Shown in pieces: positions 48,444 to 60,691 of a DNA stretch of 64,000 nt. Source of the DNA: Phoronis australis. Lineage: Eukaryota; Animalia; Phoronida. The notes beneath the pieces were generated by a model. The model searched no databases. It was given only the letters and a program-made list of their open reading frames with translations, and was not told the origin of the DNA. Location: positions 168,994 to 232,993 of the forward strand of contig NMRA01000395.1 in NCBI GenBank assembly GCA_002633005.1. The letters run 5' to 3'. A program made the position numbers and the translations under genes. The first letter of the stretch is position 1, and every line of letters begins with the position of its first letter.

Positions 48444-50830
48444 TGTTATAGCTTGTTTAGTCGCCAGATGGCGTTACTGTTAACACGTTTTTACCCATGA
48501 TGCTCTTCTTCTGTTATGGCTGCTTACAGTAGTTTGGGATAATTAATATACTACTCAGTTATCGAGTAACATCGTTGTTATTCCCAAAGTTATCACAATT
48601 GGCGATGAGAAAAAACGCAATGGTAATGCACGGACAATGTAAGTAATATAACGCGTACACTGAAAACTGAAATAACTATGTGGAGAGGCTGAACTTTTAT
48701 TTTGTTGCAAACGATGTGGAATCCGATGAGAAAAGGAGGGCAATTTTTCTGACTACGTGTGGCCCAGCCACTTACCAAACCATACGGGATTTGATACAAC
48801 CAGCAAGCCCGGAGATAAGACATTCACAGAACTCATTGATGTGTTAACGTAACATTATGCTCCCAAGGAAAATACCATTGTTTGCAGGTACAAATTTCAC
48901 TCAGCCCAACGTTCCAAGGACGAATCGATTGCTCAGTACACGGCACGTTTGCATCATCTCACTAGCAGGAAAGTGTGAATTTGGTGAGACACTTGAGGAC
49001 ATGTTGCGTGATTGGTTGGTCAGTGGTGTACAAAACCCAGACATAAAAAAATGCTTGTTAGCCACAAAAGACTTGACATTTTCTAAGGCACTAGAAACGT
49101 GCACGTCACTGGAAACGGTCGTCAGCAATGTGGGACTAATAGGTGGGACAGTGTGTAGCACACACTGTGTTCAGGGTCAAAATCAGAAGGAGAAGGAGAA
49201 GCAGAGTCAGACCAAACAGCAAAGTCAAACAAAAGTGTGTTTTTGCTGTGGTGGAAAGCACGAACCAGAGGCATGTAGGTTTAAGGAGGCAGAGTGCCAT
49301 AGGTGCGGTAAGAAGGGTCACCCAAGAAATGTTTTTCAGCACCCAAAACCACAAAGCCAAAATGTAAGAGCACGTACCATGTGTCCGAGTCTCAGAACCT
49401 GCTAAACAAAGTCCATGGGCAAGAAGGTAGAGAGTCTCTGATCGTCACAACTCTCATTATCCATGGTAAACCTCTCCAGTTTGAGGTAGACACTGGCTCT
49501 CCCAAGACGTTGATTAGCCAGGAAAACTTTGACAATCATTTTGATGGTGTCAAATTGATTCATGCCAGTGACAGTTTGTACTCATATACAAAGTCACAAA
49601 TTGAACTTAGTGGCAAAGCTACAGTACATGTCAGTGTAAATGGTAAGCAGTATGACTTACCATTACTAGTTGTTCGGGACAGCGTTCCAAGCTTGTTAGG
49701 GCATGACTGGTTACATGTGTTACTAGGGCCTAACTGGAAAAATAAAGTCATGAATGACTGGGAAACAGTGAACACAGTGTTCACAAATGATCTGGATGAT
49801 CTGTTGACCGGTTTTACGAATTTGTTTTCAGACGAACTTGGTAACTTGACAGGTAAGGTAGGTGACTAAAATCCACATGCCTGCTGATGCCCGTCCTCAG
49901 TTTTTCAAAGCCTGACCCGTACCCTATGCCCTTCAGGCACGAGTGGACGATGAGCTAGATTGTCTGGAACAGTCCAGTGTCATCGAGAAGGTACAATTTT
50001 CTGAATGTGCCGCACCCATAGTACCGGTCGTGAAGTCTAACGATAAGATACGTGCTTGCGGAGATTTTCGCGTCACTGTCAATAAGGAAGCACTGCTTGA
50101 TAAGTATCCTATTCCGAAAATCGACGAATTACAGGCGAAGCTCAGGCGCAGGGTTGCCAGTTTAGTAAGCTCGATATGAGTCATGCTTACAGATGCTGGT
50201 CGATGAAACTTCGCAGAAGTATTTGGTAATTAATACCCACTGTGGGTTATACAAATATACGTGGTTACCATTTGGGGTTCACTCCGCCCCAAGAATTTGG
50301 CAACGTGCCATCGATAACCTTTTGCAAGGGTTGCTGTGAGTGGTCGTCTGTCTTGACGACATAGTTGGGATTGGCAAATCTCGGGAAGAACATTTGGCGA
50401 ACTTAAAGGCAGTGTTACTCAAACTTTCAGATGCCGGTCTGAGACTAAATCGGAAAAGTGTAGCTTCTTACAGGACGAGATCGTCTATCTTGGGCATTGT
50501 ATTGACAAGGGTTTCACCCTACTGATGATAAAGTAGCAGCTATTGGCGATGCACCGACTCCGAAAAATGTCTCTGAACTACATGCTTATCTTAGAATGGT
50601 GAACTATTATTGTAAATATATCCGAGATGCATCTACACACTTAGCACCGCTCTGCAGACTGCTACAGAAAGGTGTTCGTTGGTCATGGACAGACAAGGAG
50701 AGCACAGCTTTCGAGCGGTTGAAAGATCTGTTTTCTTCAGACACGGTACTGACACATTATGACCCGACTAAGTCGATTGTGCTCGCTTGCGACATGTCTC
50801 CTTATGGTTTCAGGGCGGTTATCTCTCTCA
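48444..50830 (+). mobile_element. Truncated, decayed Gypsy/Ty3 LTR retrotransposon (Mag-like)
   Basis: Short 5' LTR TGTTATA..TATCACA (48444-48597), PBS-like TGGCGATGAG (48600). gag YVERLNFYFVAND and double knuckle CFCCGGKH..C..CHRCGKKGH; protease VDTGS; RT AAPIVPVVK..CGDF, CLDD; RNase H start LACDMSPYG. Many stops and frameshifts; integrase and 3' LTR absent. Confidence 0.93.
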
Positions 50831-50834
50831 TACA

Positions 50835-51037
50835 CATTTCCTTTAAGCACTGGGCGTGTAATCATGAATCTTCAGAAGTCGGGATGGGCGCTTAACCGAG
50901 AGGTGGACGTTTAACTGGAAAATCTTCAAAAAGCGTAGAGGGGCGGTTAACCGAGCAGTGGCAGTTAAATCGAACATCCACCTCAAGCAGGGGTTGGGGA
51001 GTTAAGTGAACATGGGCATTAACCTGAACGTTTACGG
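50835..51037 (+). mobile_element. Right end of the 28442-30805 TIR family abutting the truncated Gypsy element
   Basis: GGGCGGTTAACCGAGCAGTGG repeats and ...GGGCATTAACCTGAACGTTTACGG|TA. Confidence 0.75.
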
Positions 51038-51925
51038 TACATCTCCTCTATAACCTGGTTCTTTGGGTGTGCAAGACTGGTGTTTGTTTGTACCAATTCA
51101 CAGTACTGACTCCAACATTATGCACTAAGTGTTAACTTGTTAAAGGATGATTATTTTAGAGTGCTAAGAAACTGATAGACTCTGGCTGATTGACTATATA
51201 CAGAATTTTACCAAAAGAAAAATATATGGTGTTTAATATTTTCTCTCCAGCCTTTTTAAAATGCAACAAAATGACCAGTTGCCACATTAAGGGAAATGAC
51301 ACATAGCCTGTTGCTTGGCGACCAGAACAAGGATATTCAATGGTCTGTGCTCGAAATACTACATCCTGAGAGTACTTCCCACCACACACCCAACTTGTCT
51401 GGACTAACACTGGGAAGACAAAAGTTCCCACTTGTCCTGGCTGATGTTTGTCAATCAAAACTTTCCTAGCAATTCCCTTGCTGAGTTTTGCCTTAACTGT
51501 TGTTAGGAATCAGAACTGTGTTATGTATATTAGAATTGCTATCTGTTCTATTCATGGAAATCTTTTGTTACAAAACGTGTTCTTTTATGACCACAGAGGT
51601 TGAAATTCTGCTGACATGGTAAAGAATGATTTTGTCATTAAAGTTAACATTAATTGGGTCCATTTTTTATTCCATTCTACAAATGGGTGGATATCCAAAT
51701 TTTCGGTCAGCATATCACTTTTAAAATGCCAGGGAAACCCTGGGGTGAAACTTAACCCCTGGCAAGAATAGTTTGCTTTGTAAAATTTTGTTCCTCGAGG
51801 CTTCTTACCAAAACCTTGGTGTCTGTAAACTTGTTTGCAGGCTGCTTAATTCCTCGCCTATTCAAGAAATTTCTAATCTTCATAACCTCAATCAATTTAG
51901 AGTGCAATAATTTTCCTGGTTTCAG

Positions 51926-52064
51926 AATGGCTGTTATCAGCATGTCATCTGTGTAGCCCTACTTAACCTCGAAGAAGTCATTCTGTGTTCAGTCTTGTTA
52001 CTTCCTTGAAATGGCGGGCTTCACCAAAGCTGGCCCTCTGCTTCTACTCTGCTGTTTTGCTAGG
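51926..52064 (+). other. Candidate exon containing 5'UTR plus start of a signal-peptide-like CDS (ATG 52011)
   Basis: Acceptor ttttcctggtttcag, donor AGG|GTAAGT at 52065, GAAATGG start context, MAGFTKAGPLLLLCCFAR. No downstream exon identified. Confidence 0.33.
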
Positions 52065-53861
52065 GTAAGTATGCAAGTTTGACTGATGAAATGATTTGAA
52101 CCCAATATTCCGATGTTGAGGTGAATGCAAAGAAATTGAATGTTGAATTTATTTGACATTTTTGATTATCTCTAGGAGTAAACACAGGTATGTGGTATGT
52201 GACGGGGGGATAGAGAAGTCCCATGAATATCTTACATACATGGTGAAGTGGTAACTCAAAGAATCTATAAGCCCACCTTCCGTCTAAAAGTCCAACTTTT
52301 GACATTTACGACATAATACTGTTTTGAAGTTTGTCTCCAATAGGTCGGTCTCGAATTACATGGTGATAGAACTCTGCTTTGTCCCAGAGATAAGAAAGAG
52401 CCTGACCTCGTTTTGGAAATCATGCACATTTTTGCAGATCATGTCAGAGACCAGTGAGGTGTATAGCAGTAGAAATACTCCTTATTTCAGCTGTTCACTA
52501 AGTAGTGGAATTGAACAGGTATCTTCAAGAAAGGGAATTCTGTTCGGTTCAAAATTTAAACCCCACTCGCTTCGCATTTTGTTGTCTCACATTGATGTTG
52601 GGAAGACGAAGATTTTCACATCACACATCCACAGGTTATCAAACTTTCTCACTTCGGAGTTGCAGCCCACAGCACAGCAGTTACTTCGTTAGCTTTGGAA
52701 GGACCAATAGAGTAATGCAACTGAAAAAAACTTAAGAATCATACAACGACAAATGACATGTGAAACTCCAGTGGCACAAAAATGAGGCAGCTGGTGTGCC
52801 TGAAAGTTTCTTATGGCATTAAGGGTAAATACAGTGAGATTCGAGTGTCGCTGTATAGTCCGGGACAGCCCTATTGTGTCTATATTCAAGTGAAAGGTGA
52901 ATTCTGGGACTGGGGAGAGCTGAGGCAGCCCATGACATGTAGACTAAGCCCATCACATCATTATCTCCTTTGTATTTTCAATGCAATATGCGGTACCTTC
53001 TAATCTTATAGAATTAATTACAGGTACTGTATTTTTTAACAAAGATTTACACAATTAGTTATCTCTGGCATGTCTTAAAGGATTTATCAATTCTTCCCTA
53101 TGCCAGATCCGTCTAATGGTTAGGGTTAATATTGTAGGATCTTATTGATAAGTTTGTATTTAGCTGAATATTTCACTCAGAAAACTATTATTTTCTGAAC
53201 GTACAAAGCCTGAAGAATTTTGTTTTTGACTGTTTTACCAATCAGCCTTGTCTTTTTAGTGAAGTGCTTCATCTCAAAAACGCCATTTTTTGTTTTGTAC
53301 AATTCACATTTGTTATGAAAATCATGAAAGTAAAAGCATTTGAGGTTATGAATACCCTTTGAAAAATATTTCAGTTTTATCCGAGGATGGCAGATGAAAG
53401 TGAATTAAAGCATTTGAAACAAAGAATTGTGTACTGTTTTCACTGTGTTATCAGTGGCCAGTCAAGTCAAGAGGAAAGTCTAATTATGGAACTCTTAATG
53501 TAATACTTGGCTGACTAATTAACTATTTAGTCAAATCATTAACTTATATTGTCAATTAATTTAGGGAATATTAGAAGCACAATAAGGAAGAAATTCAGAA
53601 GTTATATAAATGACTAAAAACCAACAAGAAAATAATTGCATTGATTCAAAAGATTGTTACAAGTAAGGCAAAGACTTTAGAACATGAATCCCTGCTGTGA
53701 ATAATTTGTGCAGACATATATCTAAAATTATATATCTTTATATTTTAATTGGACCTTTGGTGCCGTTTGATACATTTATATTCTTCAGTGAAAACTCCGG
53801 ATGCAGTGACATTTACAACAAAATGTGATAAACAAATTACTCCAATTATCTATTAAATTTG

Positions 53862-54219
53862 CAGATAAGGATTTTGTTATAGATAAAAATGACAAACATC
53901 TAATGTGCAAATAAGGATTTTGTTATAGATAAAAATGGACAAACATCTAATGTGCAGATAAGGGTTTTGTTATAGATAAAAATGGACAAACATCTAATGT
54001 GCAGATAAGGGTTTTGTTATAGATAAAAATGGACAAACATCTAATGTGCAGATAAGGGTTTTGTTATAGATAAAAATGGACAAACATCTAATGTGCAGAT
54101 AAGGGTTTTGTTATAGATAAAAATGGACAAACATCTAATGTGCAGATAAGGGTTTTGTTATAGATAAAAATGGACAAACATCTAATGTGCAGATAAGGGT
54201 TTTGTTATAGATAAAAATG
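53862..54219 (+). repeat. 47-bp tandem repeat, ~7.5 units
   Basis: GCAGATAAGGGTTTTGTTATAGATAAAAATGGACAAACATCTAATGT. The array ends at a single N. Confidence 0.95.
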
Positions 54220-54433
54220 NGGTGCCGTTTGATACATTTATATTCTTCATTGAAAACTTACGGATGCAGTGACATTTACAACAAAATGTGATAAACAAAT
54301 TACTCCAATTATCTATTAAATTTGCAGATAAGGGTTTTGTTATAGATAAAAATGGACAAACATCTAATGTGCAGCCTTGAAATATGTAGAAAAGCTCATT
54401 ACTACATTACTGTATACAAGACACTGGAACGCA

Positions 54434-54708
54434 TTTTCATATGCCCATGTATTTATATGTGGGTGCAAATTATTACCGACAATCTCTGTCTGGGCGTCCG
54501 GTGTCCGAAGTACGCTCTTAAATCTTTCACAGTATTTTGTTGAGATGTGGCAGATGTGTTCCTATGAAGCTGACAACAAACGACAACAAATTTCAGACCT
54601 ATCTGACTACCGTTGTGCTCCCTAGTGGCAATTAGTTATTTATGTTTACCTCTATCTTCGCAAAGGTCCTCAACAAATTTTCATGAAATTTGGCAGTTAG
54701 GCATTTAA
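54434..54708 (+). mobile_element. 5' fragment of HINE family 1
   Basis: ATGCCCATGTATTTATATGTGGGTGCA hairpin, TGTGTTCCTATGAAGCTGAC, GCTCCCTAGTGGCAA. Broken at a TA by the next element. Confidence 0.7.
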
Positions 54709-54710
54709 TA

Positions 54711-55940
54711 CGGTAAAGTCACATGGTTTTTGGACACTCAAAATTAATTCCAATAGAAAAAAAACATTCTTGTACGAATCTCGCGAAACATCGTTTTTGT
54801 GGTGTCCGAATTTGGCGGACCTCCACATTTGGGTTTCAGCTTGTGTTCGAATTTCGTGGGTGTACATTATTTCAATGAGCGGTCGCAGTATCAACATTGC
54901 TGGCTCGGCTATGACACGGTTGTTTGATAGCAGTATAATTGCTGGTCAATGAGACTCAAACGGTCTGCCAGATTAATTTTTGAAAAACGCAATTTCGCAA
55001 TAAGAAATGTGTGTTGTCGACGCACAAAGAAAGTTCCCGGCAAGTGTTGGTTCTTCTTTTCAAAAACGCACTTTTTCAATATGAAATATTGGGCTTGCAT
55101 TGTCGATGCTCAAAAACCGTTTTCGGCAAGTGATGAGTTTTTTTCAAAAATGCGCTATCTCACTTGAAATATTGGACTACGCTGTGAAAAAAAGACTGTT
55201 CCTGGTGACAAATATGGGCTTTCCAATGAGTGGTTCTGGTTTGTGTTGTTGATGCACATGAAACGTTCCAGACCAACTGATGGTTCTATTTTGTAAAAAT
55301 GCGTTCCCTCAATAAAAAAAAGTCAACGCACAAAGAACGCCTCGATAAGTGTTTTTTCAATTTAGTTTCCAAATAAAAAGCTGGACTTGCGTATTCGATG
55401 CACAAAGAGGGTTCCCGACCATTAAAACATGCGCTTTCTCAATTTTAACAAATCTCGCATTAAACGTAACAGTAATGGATGTGGGAATGAGTGCAATGAA
55501 GAAAGTGATGAACAATGACGAGAACAGCATATATATTTATATTTGTTAAACAATTCCATACGTCTGCTAGTTACAAACCAAAACGCAAGTTAACTTTATT
55601 TCCATATTAACTGAAAGTTCAGTTTCAACATGAAAACGTGGAATGAACAATTATCCAAAACAGATTGCTAAGACAATCATGAAAGTAAAATGAGTAGTTT
55701 CTCATCCACTCATGATCCCCATTCGTCGCTCTGGTAGTCATCTGAATTGTTGAAGAAGTGCATCGGACTCAGGACCACTGTCGTTTCATGTTTAGGCATA
55801 CTGCAAACGATGGGAATGTGTCGACAGGGCTGCGTTGCGGAAGACACGATTAACTCACACATTGTATATAGAAGGGCGCGGTCTAGAAAGCAAATGCAAT
55901 TTCAAATGCTACCAGCATCAAATTCACCCAACCATTTTTT
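54711..55940 (+). mobile_element. Left part of a TA-flanked element related by terminus to the 1-485 family
   Basis: TA|CGGTAAAGTCACATGGTTTTTGGAC. Right boundary not identified. Confidence 0.45.
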
Positions 55941-55944
55941 ATAA

Positions 55945-57024
55945 TTATGCGCCCACATATTTATATGTGGATGCATTATGCCGTCATCTCCGTCCGTCCG
56001 TCCTTCCGGGCGGCGTTCGGCGTCTGCTGCTCTATCTCCAAAACCCTTTGACATACGTTCATGAAATTTGGCACATATGTTCCATTCATGAATGGGACGG
56101 CATGTGCGAACTTTCGGACAAATTCGAATACCGGTGTGCCCCCTAGTGGCAATTTTAGTTTTTTACGCTTACCTTTGTATCTTCAAAAGTCCTGAACGGA
56201 TTTTCATGAAATTTGGTATATAGGCACCTATTAGTGAGATGACGCTATCCTACTGTTTTCAGATGGATTCGACGTAGTTTGCGCCACCTAGTGGCCATTT
56301 TTACTGTTTTCGAGTCTGTATTTTTGCGTCCACCCCTCTATCAACCAAACCGCTCAAAGGATGATTGTGAAAATTGGCGTGTATGTGCTTACTATAAGGA
56401 AGACAGCTGACAATGATTTTCAGACGATTTGGACTACTGTGGCGCCTCCTAGTGGCAGTTTTGTTTTTTTGCGCCCATGGCTGTATCTCCCAAACCGTTC
56501 GCAGGATCTTTACTAAATTTAGCAAGTGTATTTATGTGATGTTGACAACGGACGATGACGACTTTAGGATGATTCTGATTACCGGTATGCCTCTAGTGGC
56601 AATTTTAGTATTTGCCTCTAGTGGCAATTTTAGTATTTTACATTGACCTCTGTATTTTCATAGGTCTTCAGGTGTATACTTTGTGTTACTTCGTGACTGT
56701 GAAGGAAAAGTTCCAAGTAGAAATTTGTTTCTGGCATTCTAATGCTGTGCTAATCTCGTATGTTGGTAAATTTGTTTTTAATTCTATGTTTCTGTGGTGC
56801 TTTAAGCAACTGGTGTATAGGATGTGCTTGTATTATGAAGATTACTCACATTTTGCCCCTAGCCTATTGAGGAGACAATGACCATGCCTTTCCATTTTGC
56901 TAAGTACAACATACTACATATATGCTCTCTACTGGCCTCTTTATGGTACCAATAAACAACCCTAGAAGGATACCGTATGCGGTGCAATTGTGGGCGCATT
57001 TCAACGCTCTGCGTTGCTCTTGTT
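55945..57024 (+). mobile_element. HINE family 1, full length
   Basis: TTATGCGCCCACATATTTATATGTGGATGCAT, (GTCC)n, central units aligning with 3600-4200, 3' GTGGGCGCAT + CAACGC-TCT-GCGTTG hairpin + CTCTTGTT. Confidence 0.82.
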
Positions 57025-58199
57025 AAAACCTTTCTCATCCACAGTCTTTGAAACGCCCAATGTCAACTCAGTGATACACTGGCGCGTCTTCATGCAACTG
57101 AGGTGACCTAACTCATCTGGATTCGCTTACTTTTTTAACCACAGGCTTAACTGCTGACAGTGAAAACTTGTGAAATGTGTTTGTGGATGAAATGAAACTG
57201 ATAATTGCTAACATTTTCTGATAATGTGGGTGGAAGATAACAGGGCCGTTTCTTCTGATCGTCACCAGTTGAACGTCGTCCACAGACGTCACCAATTTAG
57301 CTCAGCTCTCCCTCAGTCACTACTAATTTTCACCCCCCCCCTCCCGGCCTCCTGCTGCACACCAATGTCGATTTTGTGTCGCTAATTCTATGGGTGTCAT
57401 CTAGGTGCACCCCCCTGCCTAGACCGTGGCTGCGCACGTTCATACAATAGGCTCCCCGGCAGATGACGACTGTTAGAACAATCGACTAGTGACGACCTGA
57501 AAAGAAAAACGAAAACACTGGGACTGGGTGAACTCATGAAAGACGTAAACCAGGCAATTCAAGTAAATCAGGGAATTCAAGAATCGGTTTACTATTTATA
57601 TACTTAATTTTCCTTTTCTTCGTTAACATATACTTAACCAATTACAATCCATCTGTGTCTACTGTTTTCATTTCATTGCGTCATGTATGCGCTACAGTTA
57701 CGGACAATGGTTCCGATAGTTCTTCCTACAGGTCTCTATACTACTCATGGACGTCACACACTTCTGCTAAAATGTAAAGTATGAACAGTGTCGCGAGTTT
57801 ACTGAAATCTCATTATAAGTACAGAAATGTCGTTGAAGAATAACAGTGACTATCTGAAGAGAGGAATACATAACAAAATAAAATATGGAAACACAAAACA
57901 AAAATCAAAACAACACTTACCTGTTGCAATAACGCCTTAAACGCGAACGTACTGACCGACTTGCCTGAACGGAATGTTAGTTGAATAATGTTAGTAGAAC
58001 AAAACTGTATCAATGAAATTTTCATAGTTTACAGGTTTAAGAAGTTCCACCTTAGATTTCCGTAAATAAGTCCAGCAGAATATATGACCAGTTTGCGTAT
58101 CTTAATTTTTTCCCAAAAACATAACTGGGATGCATATCTGAGAACAAAAATACATGTTTGAAATCTAAAAATAATGCTATTCTCACTAGGATATATTCA

Positions 58200-60503
58200 C
58201 AGCATTTTTTTCACTCAGGGTGCACACTTTTGTTTCAGAAATGGCATTTTATGAAGTTTTAATTTCAGCTTTGAGATTTCTTTTATTGGATTCAACATGA
58301 CATATGGAATATCAGGTTAAATTTTTGTGAAGTATCCTCATTTAGTTTTTAAGATTTGGCCTGTTGAAATAACAAAAATAAGAAATGTGGGCTACGGAGA
58401 ATGCATCATCGGTATTGTTACATCCATGTTGGAAAAGACTTAAATCTGGCTTAGGAACAAGAAAGTTTATTACTCTGGTAACTCATGTACTTGATCACTG
58501 AACATCAATATAAAAAACTAAGTTCACACCTGTGTATGCTTCACAAGGTCTGAGTATACAAATGAAACATTGAAATTGTACTTAATCTTAGACATACTTA
58601 GCACTTAACTATCATCAGAATCACATCACTATCAAAAGGAATGCCTAATTCCATAAAGTACCATCAAAGAAGTACAGGAAAACACTTTTCATTATCAGTT
58701 AACATTGTTTGCACAAATAAATCTCACATAATACAGAGGTCAGTGAGTTGCTACGGAGAATACAAAATGCGTAGGTAACTGTGGCAAGAAAAATACTGGA
58801 GCAATGCAACACAATTCATTTACTTGTCAATACTACTTCTGAATTACAAAATACTGGAGCAATGCAACACAATTCATTTACTTGTCAATACTACTTCTGA
58901 ATTACAAAATACTGGAATATAAATTGGTAAATAAAACAACAAGAATGGATCAACTGAAATTTGAAATTTTCGGAGGTAACAACTTCCTTTATCAACAAAA
59001 ACAGAAATAAAGTAAAATCAAACACGAAATGACAATTGACATATAAGATATGGTGTAATGAAAATGATACATTTTTGCGTAAATGTCAATACTACTTCTG
59101 AATTACAAAATACTGGAGCAATGCAACACAATTCATTTACTTGTCAAAACTACTTCTGAATTACAAAATACTGGAGCAATGCAACACAATTCATTTACTT
59201 GTCAATACTACTTCTGAATTACAAAATCAGTTGTGTTTAGAAAAAGGGAGATACCGTCTTAATTTTCTTTACACTTGTGTAAATACAAAAATATAACATA
59301 ATGGAAATTAAAATTTTATCTATTTCCATCAACTACCCTCAAAGAAATTCAGGAAAGCACTTTTCATCATCAGGAAAACATTGAATGCATAAATCTCACA
59401 TAACACAGAGGTCATGGAGGGGGCTACGGAGAATACGAAATATGCAGATACCTGTTTATAAGTGGATGAACACTTGAGCAATGCAATATAATTCATTCAA
59501 TACCAACACTTCTGAATGACCAAAGAACATCCATGTTTTAGTAATAACGAGTTTGAACTGAAAAAAGTAATTTTAGCTAAACTTGCCTCAAATTCCACCA
59601 TAAATATTTTTTTTTTAATTGTTCTTGTCTTGGAGAGTTTATTTGTTCCATTTCCTCAGTGCATGCACCTAGATACAAGTTTTTTTCAAACCATGTACCA
59701 ACAATTCAAAGTTGGGGGCTACGGAGAATACAGGGGCTACGGAAAATACGAAAGACATTTTTGCTTATGATCAATTCAAATCCAGGGCTTGGTCTAATAT
59801 TTTTTGTGGGCCAAAAATAGCTTCAAGATTCCCAATGTGCAGTATCAAATATCTTTTATTTATGGAAGAATTTAATGGAATTCAGACATAGCTACGGAGA
59901 ATACACAGTTTTTCTTAGGTGACTGCGATATTATTTGGTTGAGTAATCCAATCACTAGGACATCTGGTACAAATATGTCGTTTCTAACCCAAATTCTATT
60001 CTAATTCACCCACCGTTAAAACACAGTTCAAAACACTAGTAATGCATTTCCTTTTCAGCCATGGCTATAAGAGAAAGAGCACATGCAAATTTCCGTGTTT
60101 TGCATAATGTTGACATCATTTTGCAAATGTGCCTGAAATTTGATTTTGACTAATCAGATCCATGCAATTTTCTATAGAAAAACAAGAAATACAAGTTAGA
60201 ATCATAAAAAAACATTAAATTTCAATTAAATGTGTGATTTAATTAAATGCCATTGTGTATTAAAAACATGTAATGTTTCAGTGAAACAAAATAACGATGG
60301 ATTTGTGGCTATTTTCAGCTATATCAAGGAATACTCCGGCCATAATTAACATTTTTTCATACTTTAAAATGCGTAAATGTCATAAGTACCGGTGCTAAAA
60401 CAAGATCATCATACAAATATCTGCCAAAGGTGAAGGAATTCTGTCAATATGATTGCATAACATAAAAACAATCAAAATTTGCACCCTGAGTAAAAAAATG
60501 CCG
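58200..60503. mobile_element. Non-autonomous TIR element with internal repeats
   Basis: CAGCATTTTTTTCACTCAGGGTGCA / TGCACCCTGAGTAAAAAAATGCCG inverted ends. Recurrent GCTACGGAGAATAC and ~57-bp tandem units at 58790-58915 and 59085-59225. Confidence 0.65.
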
Positions 60504-60691
60504 TTAAGGCAAGCTACAGTATTTATACTGTGTTCGTGTATTCGGCATTGCCGAGTAGAGGCTCTGGTGTATTTTTACATCTGACGTTTGGTTTCCTGAA
60601 CTTATATATGGAAATCGCTGGTAATGCTTCCCAAAATTATTTACCCTTGCTACAGGTAACGCATCACCTCGGGTAAAAATAGAACAAGAAT

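Noticed and set aside
51156-52735. Cluster of 60-120-aa ORFs
   Set aside because: No homology cues or coding-like pattern; only the short candidate exon at 51926-52064 was retained.
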